Source: an uncultured Clostridia bacterium (GTDB taxonomy: Bacteria; Bacillota; Clostridia; TANB77; CAG-508). Taken from it: 64,000 nucleotides of DNA. The notes below the pieces were generated by a model. The model saw only the letters and a list, made by a program, of their open reading frames with translations. It was not told where the DNA came from and ran no database searches. The stretch covers positions 3,615-67,614 of the forward strand of contig CALXAV010000009.1 in assembly GCA_944386385.1 (NCBI GenBank), read 5' to 3'. Both the position numbers and the translations under genes were made by a program. Shown one piece after another: positions 39,284 through 48,306 of this stretch. Positions within the stretch are counted from its first letter, which is position 1; every line of letters starts with the position of its first letter.

Positions 39284-41278
39284 TTAATTTTCCGCTTCTT
39301 CTGCGATTTCCTTATCTACCCTTTTGGGTAAGAAACTTGGTTTATATTTTCCTAAGATATAACCTAAACTATCTGAAAATTCTTTAAGCATAACAATTTT
39401 TATTGATGGATCTTTTCCTTTTAAGTAATCATCTATTATTTGTTTTAACTGTTTCATATTCTTCATTTCAGGTTCTATCTTCTTAGGATTTTTTTCTACT
39501 CTATCTATTAACTTTTCTTTTATTAATACAATATCTTCGTTACTTGCACAAGATATTCTTTGGAATAATTGGAATGGATCATAATATTTAAATATTGGCA
39601 CATCCATACATTCTTTATCAAATTTCTCATAAAATTGTTCCATTTTCATAGGAATACATTTCATTACTTCTTCTGCTTTTTCTTTAAACATCTTATCATG
39701 TAATTGGTCATTTAACATGTTAAAGTGCTTTAAAATATCCTCCATATCTTCCGCAACTTCTTCGATTGCAATCTTTCCTAACTCTTCATTCACATTATCA
39801 CAGTATTTAGAATTAAGTGACGCTATATTCATTCCATTAAAGAAAACACTTTTTAATGTTTTTAAATCATAATCAATTAAACCTTTTCTTGAGAAGTAAC
39901 TAAAATAAGCAAATATCTTTACTGTATCTATTAATGTCAATTTACCTTCTTTTACATCTTCCATAACTTCACTTATGACATTACCAAATTGATCATCTGA
40001 TATTTTCCAATATTCCTCTGTAAGTAGTCTTTTATATCCTGGTAAGTTCTCTGTATCTACAGTATTACGTATTGTTTCCATATTTTCTTTAAATAACTTC
40101 ATATCAAAAATACGTGTTCTTACATAATATTCTATAAATTTAAAGAAACGATACTCTGATTTAAAGTTATAATAATAATTATTATCAAATTCTTTAATAT
40201 AGAACTGTCTGTTATCCATAAGTATTCTTGATGATACAAGTATTGACTTATATTCCTCATTATCCTTAATATTTACAAACTTATCTTTTGTGATTTTTCC
40301 TGCTTTTATTTCAAAAGATATAGCTATTGTAAATATAAGCATTGTTTGCATAACTCTATGATTTGTATTTGGATATGATTTATTTACCATCTCATATATT
40401 TTCTTAAAATCATTTAAAGCATGTTTTAAAATTCTTAAGTTTCTCGTTCCTGATTTATTAAACGTTGAAATTATCAATCCTGTATTTTCTCTTAAGAATC
40501 TTATTAAGTCTGGATTGTTTTCATAGCGCATTAATATTCCATTAATTATATAATCAAATTTTGGAGCGTATTCGAATGTTTCTCCTATTAACTTTTCCTT
40601 TATTCTTTCATAATCATTTGCCTTATCAAATACATGCTCTATTTTATCTCTAATTTTTTCTACTAATGGTTTATCTATATTATTTAATTCATCTTGTTTG
40701 TCTAATAGATATGTTGCAATAAATGTTTTCATCTCTAAGTTAGAACTTTTTAGTTTTGTTGATAACTCTTTTTCATTACATATAATTATTGTTTTTATAT
40801 GGTCATGTTCAACAAAGTTATTAATATATCCTAAAATATCAATAACATCTACATTTGCTCTTTCTAGGTCATCAAAGCAAAGAACTTTATCATCTGTTGA
40901 GAAAAATTCTGCATAATCCACTTTATCTCCATTTTGTGTTACGCCAAAAAAGTTTGCCATGTCTATTCCAGTTTTAGCATATTCTGGTATTGTATCTTGA
41001 CCATTTGCATCCATAAATCTTCTTAAATTTTTATCCATTAACTGTGTTGTCTCTATGAAAATCTTTTTACTTATTTCTTCCAGATTTGATATACCATATA
41101 AAGACATATAAATAGTTGTATATCTTTTTCCATTTAATTGCATTGATTCAATCTTTTTTCTTATCTTATTGTTCCAAAAATGAGTTTTTCCTGAACCCCA
41201 TTCTCCATTTATCATAACTGCATAATCAGTGTAATCAGACCTTATATAATCTAAGATACTTTCAACTAAATCTTCCAT
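39284..41278 (-). CDS. KAP-family P-loop NTPase (664 aa)
   Basis: Walker A INGEWGSGKTHFW, Walker B VLCFDDLERA, long helical C-terminal region. No obvious TM insert. Confidence 0.7.
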   Translation of the reverse strand: MEDLVESILDYIRSDYTDYAVMINGEWGSGKTHFWNNKIRKKIESMQLNGKRYTTIYMSLYGISNLEEISKKIFIETTQLMDKNLRRFMDANGQDTIPEYAKTGIDMANFFGVTQNGDKVDYAEFFSTDDKVLCFDDLERANVDVIDILGYINNFVEHDHIKTIIICNEKELSTKLKSSNLEMKTFIATYLLDKQDELNNIDKPLVEKIRDKIEHVFDKANDYERIKEKLIGETFEYAPKFDYIINGILMRYENNPDLIRFLRENTGLIISTFNKSGTRNLRILKHALNDFKKIYEMVNKSYPNTNHRVMQTMLIFTIAISFEIKAGKITKDKFVNIKDNEEYKSILVSSRILMDNRQFYIKEFDNNYYYNFKSEYRFFKFIEYYVRTRIFDMKLFKENMETIRNTVDTENLPGYKRLLTEEYWKISDDQFGNVISEVMEDVKEGKLTLIDTVKIFAYFSYFSRKGLIDYDLKTLKSVFFNGMNIASLNSKYCDNVNEELGKIAIEEVAEDMEDILKHFNMLNDQLHDKMFKEKAEEVMKCIPMKMEQFYEKFDKECMDVPIFKYYDPFQLFQRISCASNEDIVLIKEKLIDRVEKNPKKIEPEMKNMKQLKQIIDDYLKGKDPSIKIVMLKEFSDSLGYILGKYKPSFLPKRVDKEIAEEAEN

Positions 41279-41353
41279 TAATTATTGCTCCTCCTTTGTA
41301 ATATTAAAATTTTAAAATATTACTTTATGTATTTATTATACATTTTACATTTG

Positions 41354-42085
41354 TTAATCTTTTGCTAGAGTGAATACACCTATCTCTTTAGGTTGTGCTT
41401 TTCTTAATACTCTAGCACATTCATTTACTGTACTTCCTGTTGTAAATATATCATCTAATAACAATATTTTCTTTTTATATAATTTTTCTTTATTTACTAA
41501 CTTATATACTCCCTGTATATTTTTTAGTCTTTCTTCTTTATTTAATTTACTTTGTTCTACAATATTTTTAATTTTATAAAGGCATTCTGTTTCTAATATT
41601 AAATTAGAATTATATGCTATCTCTTTTGCTACTAATTCACTTTGGTTATATCCACGTGTTTTTTGCCTTTTTTTACTAATCGGAACTGGCACTATTGTAT
41701 CATATTTTTCTATTTTTTCAAAGAAGTTTTCATTTTTTAACAAAAAATTCACAAATGTTTTGTATAAATATGATTCTTCTTGAAACTTATATTTTAAAAT
41801 TATTCTTCTTATTATTCCCTGATATAAAAAAATATATAAATGCTCATTAAAATATTTTTTATCATTAAAATTATTTTTTATATTTTCTTTTCTTTCTTTT
41901 TTTCTTTTAATATTTTTATACTTATCAAGACCGAAAACCACTTCACTCTCTAAGATTTTCTCACACCTTTTACATAAAAAATTTTCATTTAGTTTTCCAC
42001 AAATACCGCACGTTGGTGGATAAATAAGGTTGAGAATTTTGGGGACGGGGAATTTTTGTCTCACCTTATTAAATTTTTCTATCAT
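41354..42085 (-). CDS. comFC: ComF family protein (ComFC-like phosphoribosyltransferase)
   Basis: N-terminal CxxC..CxxC zinc motif and PRT motif LLLDDIFTTGST. Confidence 0.8.
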   Translation of the reverse strand: MIEKFNKVRQKFPVPKILNLIYPPTCGICGKLNENFLCKRCEKILESEVVFGLDKYKNIKRKKERKENIKNNFNDKKYFNEHLYIFLYQGIIRRIILKYKFQEESYLYKTFVNFLLKNENFFEKIEKYDTIVPVPISKKRQKTRGYNQSELVAKEIAYNSNLILETECLYKIKNIVEQSKLNKEERLKNIQGVYKLVNKEKLYKKKILLLDDIFTTGSTVNECARVLRKAQPKEIGVFTLAKD

Positions 42086-42842
42086 TAATTCTCACCTTCT
42101 TTATTTTTCTATATAATGTTGCTCTACTAATTCCAAATATATCCGCTAATTCTTGTTTTGAATACTTATAGTTTTTGTAATCTAAATAAGATATAAACTT
42201 GTCCAATATTTTTCCTTCCATTCTTTTTTGATTTAAACCAATGTTTTCATGATTTAGAAATTTTTGTAGCATAATCTCTAAATTCACTTTATTATCATAA
42301 ATATTTTTATATGGTATTGATTTAAACTTTTCGATATAATTTTGTGATTTAAAAAATAAGAAATCTAAAATTCTTTGATTTAAAAAACCTGATTTATTTA
42401 AATAATCATTATAAGATGAATATTTATATTCGCTTTCATTCTCTACAATTTTTGCTTTAACTGGATTCATATGAATATATTTTATACAAAAATATAGCTG
42501 TTCCCTTGTTAAAATTAAAATAGATTTAAATCTATCTCTAAAAACATATCCTACTCTATTATACTTTTTATTGTAATACCTTGCATATATTGAGTTTACA
42601 CGTCCCATAAAATCACTTATATTATTTATATTGTCTGAATAAGAAATTAAATGTGTATGATTATCCATAATACAATAGCTTATAATATCTATTTCGTAAT
42701 CTCTATAGTACTTTCTTAATAAACTTAAATATTTTTCCTTATCATCATTTTCTTTAAATATATATTCTTTATTTATCCCTTGAACAATATTATGACATAT
42801 TTTATCATTTAATAGTTTTCTACTTTTTCTTGGCAATTGCAT
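42069..42842 (-). CDS. IS200-like Y1 (HUH) transposase-domain protein with a C-terminal HTH; probably domesticated
   Basis: MDNHTHLI (HUH), YVFRDRFKS, YIHMNPVKA (catalytic Tyr region), C-terminal LADIFGISRATLYRKIKK. Overlaps comFC by 17 nt. Confidence 0.65.
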   Translation of the reverse strand: MQLPRKSRKLLNDKICHNIVQGINKEYIFKENDDKEKYLSLLRKYYRDYEIDIISYCIMDNHTHLISYSDNINNISDFMGRVNSIYARYYNKKYNRVGYVFRDRFKSILILTREQLYFCIKYIHMNPVKAKIVENESEYKYSSYNDYLNKSGFLNQRILDFLFFKSQNYIEKFKSIPYKNIYDNKVNLEIMLQKFLNHENIGLNQKRMEGKILDKFISYLDYKNYKYSKQELADIFGISRATLYRKIKKVRINDRKI

Positions 42843-42963
42843 TCCTCCTTCTTTTATTTATACATACTTATGATTTTACTTGAAATAATAAAAACAACCT
42901 TAACAATTTATAAATACTAAGATATAAATTTTTAGATTCTAATATTAAAAAATAAATAAAATT

Positions 42964-43119
42964 TTATATTCCAAATCTTTCCCTATAAAAAGCATCCATT
43001 TCTTCTTGTGTATATACTCTACCATTTTCAATATCATCTTCTGCTCTTCTTATAGCTTTCCAAAATTCGTCTATTTGCTCTTCTGTTTTAAATATTTCAT
43101 GTAATCTATTTATTTCCAT
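42964..43119 (-). CDS. Small hypothetical protein (51 aa), antitoxin-like tail
   Basis: Start at MEINRL after GAGGTGAG. DDIENGRVYTQEEMDAFY resembles the C-terminal ends of small antitoxin or RHH-associated proteins. No partner gene is seen. Confidence 0.4.
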   Translation of the reverse strand: MEINRLHEIFKTEEQIDEFWKAIRRAEDDIENGRVYTQEEMDAFYRERFGI

Positions 43120-43232
43120 GCTTTTCTCACCTCGTTTGTATTTGATATTATAATTCATTTTTATTTTTAAGTCAAATTAAATTTGGAATATTTTATAAGG
43201 ATTTCAAAATGAGACAAAAAAGGCCCGTCCCT

Positions 43233-45470
43233 TTATTGTCTCATCTTAAACTCCAATCCCGTATTTCTCTTCTTGCTATCTACATTTTGTATCATATAAT
43301 CTATTACCTTTTCACTTCCAATCACTATTAAAAGTTTCTTTGCTCTTGTTATTCCTGTATATAATAAGTTTCTTGTAAGTAGCATTGGAGATGATGGTGG
43401 TACTACCATTATTACTACATCAAACTCGCTTCCCTGTGCTTTATGTATTGTTATAGCATAACTATGTTCTATTTGGTCAAGTTCTGAGAATTCATACCAA
43501 GCTACTTTATCATCATCAAATTTTATCTCTACTTGCTTCTCTCTTTCATCTACATCTGTTATTGTTCCTATTTCACCATTAAATACTCCGCTTCCTACTT
43601 CTTTATTTTCTAATCCCCCCAGCTTTCCTGTTCCTTCTCTTTCCCAGTAAATATCATAATTGTTTTTTATTTGCATAACTCTGTCACCAGGTCTAAATAC
43701 TGCTCCCATACTTGCTTTTTCTGATAAGTTATCTAAATTAGGATTTAGATGTTCTTGTAGCACTTTATTTAATTCTTTAGTTCCAAGCATTCCTTTTTTA
43801 GTAGGTGATAATACTTGTATGTTTTGGAAAAAGTCATAATTTCCGTATTTTTCTAATCTACCTGTACATAGAGACACAACTTGAGCCAGCATTCTCTCTT
43901 GACTAGTTTCTTTTATAAAGAAGAAATCTTCATTCATATCCTCTTCCTCTTCCGATTTACTTAAAAACTTTTCTCCTTCATTTACTCTATGTGCATTTAC
44001 TATTATTTTACTTCTTGCTGCTTGTCTAAATATTTTATCTAACTTAATAGTTGGTATTTCTTCTGAATTTATTAAATCTTTTAATACACTTCCTGGTCCT
44101 ACTGATGGAAGTTGGTCTATATCACCAACTAATACTAACTTAGTTCCTTGATATATACATTTCAATAAATAATTCATTAAGAACATGTCCATCATTGAAA
44201 CTTCATCTACGATTATTACGTCTGCATCTATCGGTGCACCCTCGTATTTACTTGTGTTTTTATACAAACTGTCATCATCTATTTTACCTATTTCCAATAA
44301 TCTATGTAATGTTGATGCTTCTTTTCCTGTTGTTTCTGTCATTCTTTTTGCTGCTCTTCCTGTTGGTGCAGCCAAAATTACTTTTTTCCCTTTATCTTCA
44401 TATATATCTATTATATTTTTTATAATTGTTGTTTTTCCAGTACCAGGTCCACCTGTTATTATAGTTACATTGTTTTCATTTACTAATTTTAATGCTTCTT
44501 TTTGTTTTTCTGATAATTCTATACTAGATAGTTTTTCTGCTTTTTTTAACACCTTATCTAAACCTGTTATTCTTTTCATATTCTTAGAATTTTGTAATCT
44601 TTTTATCCTAAATGCTATTTCTTCCTCTGCATTATAAAAAGCTGATGAGTATACATATTCTAATCCATCATCTCTTTTTTCTATAACGATTTCATCTTTT
44701 GCTCTTAGAGCTATTAATCCATCTTCTACATTTTCTGATGATACATCTAATAAATTTACTACAAACTCTACTAAATTATCTTTTAGCACACAAGAATGAC
44801 CATTATTTGTACTTCTTATTAATCCGTACTTAATTCCACTCGTTACTCTTTTTTCATTATCATAGCTTATTCCTAAGTCTAATGCCATCTTATCTATTTG
44901 TTTAAAGTCTACTCCTCTTGCTATATCTATTAATATATATGGATCTTGTTCCATCTCTTCTATAGCATTTGTACCATATAAATCAAATACTTTTTGAGCA
45001 TGTTCTGCTCCTATCCCAAACTTTTCTAAGAAACCTACTATTTGCCATACTTCCCAATTCTCTATAAAACTTTCTGACATTTCTTTGGCTTTTTCTTTAG
45101 ATATTCCCTTTACTTCTGCCAATCTTTCTGGATAAGATTGAAAAACTTTTATTGTTTCTTCTCCAAATTTCTTTATTATTCTTTTTGCTAATGCTTCTCC
45201 TATTCCTTTTATTTTTCCATTTGCTAAATACTTCTCTAGTGCAGCTAAATTTTGTGGCATCATCTTTTCAAAAGTGTCTACTTTAAACTGTCTACCGTAA
45301 TCTTTATGTTCAACAAATTTACCTATTAATTTTAATGTGTCTCCCACATTTATAAAAGGTAAATAACCTACAATCGTAGTTATTTCCTCGTCAGTCTCAA
45401 ATTCTGCTACTGTATAGCTATTTACTTCGTTTTTATAAATAATAGTTAGTATTTCTCCGGTTATTTCCAT
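43233..45470 (-). CDS. recD2: ATP-dependent RecD2-type SF1B DNA helicase
   Basis: TGGPGTGKTT, VIIVDEVSMMD, GDIDQLPSVGPG, TIHKAQGSEF, YTGITRAK. Confidence 0.9.
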   Translation of the reverse strand: MEITGEILTIIYKNEVNSYTVAEFETDEEITTIVGYLPFINVGDTLKLIGKFVEHKDYGRQFKVDTFEKMMPQNLAALEKYLANGKIKGIGEALAKRIIKKFGEETIKVFQSYPERLAEVKGISKEKAKEMSESFIENWEVWQIVGFLEKFGIGAEHAQKVFDLYGTNAIEEMEQDPYILIDIARGVDFKQIDKMALDLGISYDNEKRVTSGIKYGLIRSTNNGHSCVLKDNLVEFVVNLLDVSSENVEDGLIALRAKDEIVIEKRDDGLEYVYSSAFYNAEEEIAFRIKRLQNSKNMKRITGLDKVLKKAEKLSSIELSEKQKEALKLVNENNVTIITGGPGTGKTTIIKNIIDIYEDKGKKVILAAPTGRAAKRMTETTGKEASTLHRLLEIGKIDDDSLYKNTSKYEGAPIDADVIIVDEVSMMDMFLMNYLLKCIYQGTKLVLVGDIDQLPSVGPGSVLKDLINSEEIPTIKLDKIFRQAARSKIIVNAHRVNEGEKFLSKSEEEEDMNEDFFFIKETSQERMLAQVVSLCTGRLEKYGNYDFFQNIQVLSPTKKGMLGTKELNKVLQEHLNPNLDNLSEKASMGAVFRPGDRVMQIKNNYDIYWEREGTGKLGGLENKEVGSGVFNGEIGTITDVDEREKQVEIKFDDDKVAWYEFSELDQIEHSYAITIHKAQGSEFDVVIMVVPPSSPMLLTRNLLYTGITRAKKLLIVIGSEKVIDYMIQNVDSKKRNTGLEFKMRQ

Positions 45471-45540
45471 ATATTTCTCCTACTTTGTTTTCTGATTAAC
45501 ATTTTTAGTCTATCACAAACAAAGATTTTTTTCAAGCAAA

Positions 45541-45900
45541 CTAACTATCATCAACACTATCCATTATTTCTTTACATTCTTTCCAGTTTACAACCTCTAA
45601 ACATTCGTATTCTTGTGATAATTTCTTTAATATTTCCTTTGTAGAATCTTTTGATTTTAAATCTGTTACTATTATATTTTTTACATAATCATCTCTTCCA
45701 TATAATAGCTTAAATAATGCTGAACGTAAAAATCCTTCTATTTTATTTTCTTGATTTTTCACTGCTATTATTACATAGATTCCATCTGATTTAAAATTTG
45801 TATATGTACTCAAATATATTATGTTTTTTATTATCTCAAACAAACCATAAAGGGCTAACGTCCAAAATATTACATTCATTATAAACTCCATTTTTACCAC
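45541..45900 (-). CDS. Hypothetical membrane-anchored protein (119 aa)
   Basis: ORF with one N-terminal TM segment. Confidence 0.45.
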   Translation of the reverse strand: MVKMEFIMNVIFWTLALYGLFEIIKNIIYLSTYTNFKSDGIYVIIAVKNQENKIEGFLRSALFKLLYGRDDYVKNIIVTDLKSKDSTKEILKKLSQEYECLEVVNWKECKEIMDSVDDS

Positions 45901-45973
45901 CTATGGTTATTATATTCACTCTCTACTTTTTTGACACAACAAAGACTAGATAATATATCTAGCCTTAAAAAAT

Positions 45974-47206
45974 CTAATTATTATTTAATAACTCTCTATA
46001 TGCAACAGTTTTCTCATAATTGTCAGCAGCTTCCTCTTCGCTTAATGCTTTATTATATACTCTTATAGCATAAGATTTTATTTTCATAAAATAAGGTATA
46101 TTTGCACTCGTTGTTTTCCCAATTAATATTGGATATTCCTTATTACTTAAATATTCTTTATAATGTTCCACATATTCTGGATTAAACTTATCTTCTGCAA
46201 CTTTTTTTCCATTTAATAATACAAAGAAACTTCCATCATCTTTTAATGAAAATGTGACATAAGTATCTCCCAAACAAGCTTCTTCCATTATCGGAATATG
46301 AAAATCATTTCCATATGTCGGACATTGATATTTAGTTCCAGTTTCTATTCCTTGATAAAACGTTCCATTTATTTGAAAAATAATTTTATTATAATGATTA
46401 GCTATATTTCCAACTACATATTTAAATGCAAATTTCGAACCTTCGCTCGGGCCTTTATAAACATTTCCTAGTCTACTACTTTCTGTTTGTAAATTTCCAT
46501 ATGTTTCTATTGTTATTCCATCTTCAGAGAAATCACTATCACTATATATTTCTATATAATCATCTTCTCCATCAAAATTAAAATCTTCTCCAGAGAATCC
46601 ACTTATTACATTTCCTTCTTCATCTTTTTCTACTCCATTAAATCCGTATAAAATAGCATCTCCCCAACTATTTGAATCTTCCATATTTAATGGGTCTAAA
46701 TTGAATACTAATCCATCTTTTACTGCTAGATTTGCCCCATATGCTAATTCTATGAAACTATCTTCTTCTAATTGTATCGTCTCTCCTGTTTCTTCGTTAT
46801 ATAGCCAATTATATTGTGCTTCTCCATAATCTAATAAATTTGTTCCCTTTGGTATATATCTCCAATCATTTCCATAAGTTTCTTTTGTATCTTTTATCAT
46901 TATGATACTCCACTTATTTCCATTAGTTATATTTCTATCATACAGTTTTGTTCCTATATCATATTTTTCATTATCTTCATCTAAATAATGCATTTGCATT
47001 ATTAATTGTACTCCTTCTTTTTCACTTGATACCTCTGTTAGCTTTTTAGCCAATTGTGCTTGGGTTAATATTCCATTTTCTCCTGTTAACATTGATATTG
47101 ATACTCCTGCTAATATTACTAAAACTACTATTGTTATTACTAATGCTATTAATGTTATCCCAGATATTCTTTTTTTCCCTTTCTCCTTTTTTGTTACTTC
47201 CATCAT
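45974..47206 (-). CDS. Second prepilin-like N-terminus / LamG-like protein (410 aa), paralog of 34304-35782
   Basis: KRISGITLIALVITIVVLVILAGVSISMLTGENGIL is nearly identical to the N-terminus of the other copy. C-terminal IRVYNKALSEEEAADNY. Confidence 0.6.
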   Translation of the reverse strand: MMEVTKKEKGKKRISGITLIALVITIVVLVILAGVSISMLTGENGILTQAQLAKKLTEVSSEKEGVQLIMQMHYLDEDNEKYDIGTKLYDRNITNGNKWSIIMIKDTKETYGNDWRYIPKGTNLLDYGEAQYNWLYNEETGETIQLEEDSFIELAYGANLAVKDGLVFNLDPLNMEDSNSWGDAILYGFNGVEKDEEGNVISGFSGEDFNFDGEDDYIEIYSDSDFSEDGITIETYGNLQTESSRLGNVYKGPSEGSKFAFKYVVGNIANHYNKIIFQINGTFYQGIETGTKYQCPTYGNDFHIPIMEEACLGDTYVTFSLKDDGSFFVLLNGKKVAEDKFNPEYVEHYKEYLSNKEYPILIGKTTSANIPYFMKIKSYAIRVYNKALSEEEAADNYEKTVAYRELLNNN

Positions 47207-47304
47207 TATCTCTCCTTTGTTCTATTATAGAACAATTTTAACATTTCTTTGTAATAAAATCAATAAAAATGTTCAAAAATAGAACAAAAGATAAGGAGTT
47301 TTGT

Positions 47305-47544
47305 ATGAAAAAGTCTAAAATCACTAATAACATATATAATGTTTGTGGAAAAAACATAAAAAAAATAAGAAAAGAACAAAAAGTAACCCAAGATGAGCTA
47401 TGTGCTAGAATGCAAGTAATGGGATATCAAATAAGCCGTTCTGATATTTCTAAACTCGAAAATGGTAAAAAATTCATTACAGATTTTGAAATCGTTGGCT
47501 TTTCTAAAGCCTTAAAAGTATCTATTTTAGACTTATTTGAGTAA
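47305..47544 (+). CDS. XRE-family HTH transcriptional regulator
   Basis: IKKIRKEQKVTQDELCARM..ISRSDISKLENG. Start at 47305 after AAGGAG. Confidence 0.75.
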   Translation: MKKSKITNNIYNVCGKNIKKIRKEQKVTQDELCARMQVMGYQISRSDISKLENGKKFITDFEIVGFSKALKVSILDLFE

Positions 47545-47549
47545 AAATA

Positions 47550-47578
47550 TTGTTTATTATCAAAAATCATTGTATAAT
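47550..47578 (+). promoter_or_regulatory. Putative sigma-A promoter for orphan 4
   Basis: TTGTTT, 17 nt, TATAAT (preceded by TG). Confidence 0.5.
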
Positions 47579-47624
47579 CTATTTAGACAGTTGTATTAGG
47601 CATTTTACCTAGAAAGGATTTTTC

Positions 47625-47792
47625 ATGACTGTGAATTACAACAAAGGCGTCATTCATCTGACTTTTATAAGGATTTCTGGTAATGGTGTTTACGAATACC
47701 AAAATCCTGAGATTAAACCACCCAAGCAAAAGAAGCCCAAAAATGATGATGCCAAGAATCTATTCAACTCGTTTTGGAAGGAGACACATTAA
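47625..47792 (+). CDS. Orphan micro-protein 4 (55 aa) of elevated GC; below the ORF-track cutoff
   Basis: Own translation MTVNYNKGVIHLTFIRISGNGVYEYQNPEIKPPKQKKPKNDDAKNLFNSFWKETH*. SD AGAAAGGA. Hand counts of 37-38% GC against a much lower background. Confidence 0.5.
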   Translation: MTVNYNKGVIHLTFIRISGNGVYEYQNPEIKPPKQKKPKNDDAKNLFNSFWKETH

Positions 47793-47810
47793 CATTTTAG
47801 TTATGATGCC

Positions 47811-47844
47811 AAACGAGAAGCTAAGAACGTTTAGCTTCTCGTTT
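47811..47844. terminator. Perfect 14-bp stem-loop, probably a bidirectional terminator (orphan 4 and the 49358-47857 operon)
   Basis: AAACGAGAAGCTAA gaacgt TTAGCTTCTCGTTT followed by TATTTAT. Confidence 0.7.
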
Positions 47845-47856
47845 TATTTATGAATA

Positions 47857-48306
47857 TTATTTAAATTTAAAGATATTCTTTATCTTATTAATAATTCTTC
47901 TAAAAACATTTTCTTTATATTCTACAATTGCTGTATTATTTACTGCATCTACATTTATATAATTATTATTCTTATTTTTAAATAAATCTTCAGGATTATA
48001 TTTTATTCTTAAGCCTTCTTCATGTATTTCCTCATTATTTTTTAATATATTTTGTATCTCCATTTTTTCATTTTCATCATTACACCAATAGTTATAATGT
48101 ATTAATGCTAAAATATTTAAACTTTCTTTATTAATATCTTGCTTATTCAAAGTTGTTTCCATGTTATATTGAGGATTATAAGTAATATCTCTTTTTTCTT
48201 CTAACATATTATACAAACTTTTTGGTAATCTATTAATATACTCGCTTCCCAAAACCTTTAACACTTGATATACTTCCGAATATATTCTCTTAGTATTTTC
48301 ATTCAT
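47857..48306 (-). CDS. Hypothetical protein (149 aa)
   Basis: ORF overlapping the upstream gene by 4 nt (ATGA). Confidence 0.5.
   Translation of the reverse strand: MNENTKRIYSEVYQVLKVLGSEYINRLPKSLYNMLEEKRDITYNPQYNMETTLNKQDINKESLNILALIHYNYWCNDENEKMEIQNILKNNEEIHEEGLRIKYNPEDLFKNKNNNYINVDAVNNTAIVEYKENVFRRIINKIKNIFKFK

Noticed and set aside
44185-44637. Plus-strand ORFs of 60-150 aa throughout the window (for example 44185-44637, 28943-29197, 55559-55933, 37865-38266, 9171-9506)
   Set aside because: All are antisense to well-supported minus-strand genes and give Leu/Phe/Ile/Ser-rich products. That is expected from reading AT-rich coding DNA backwards.
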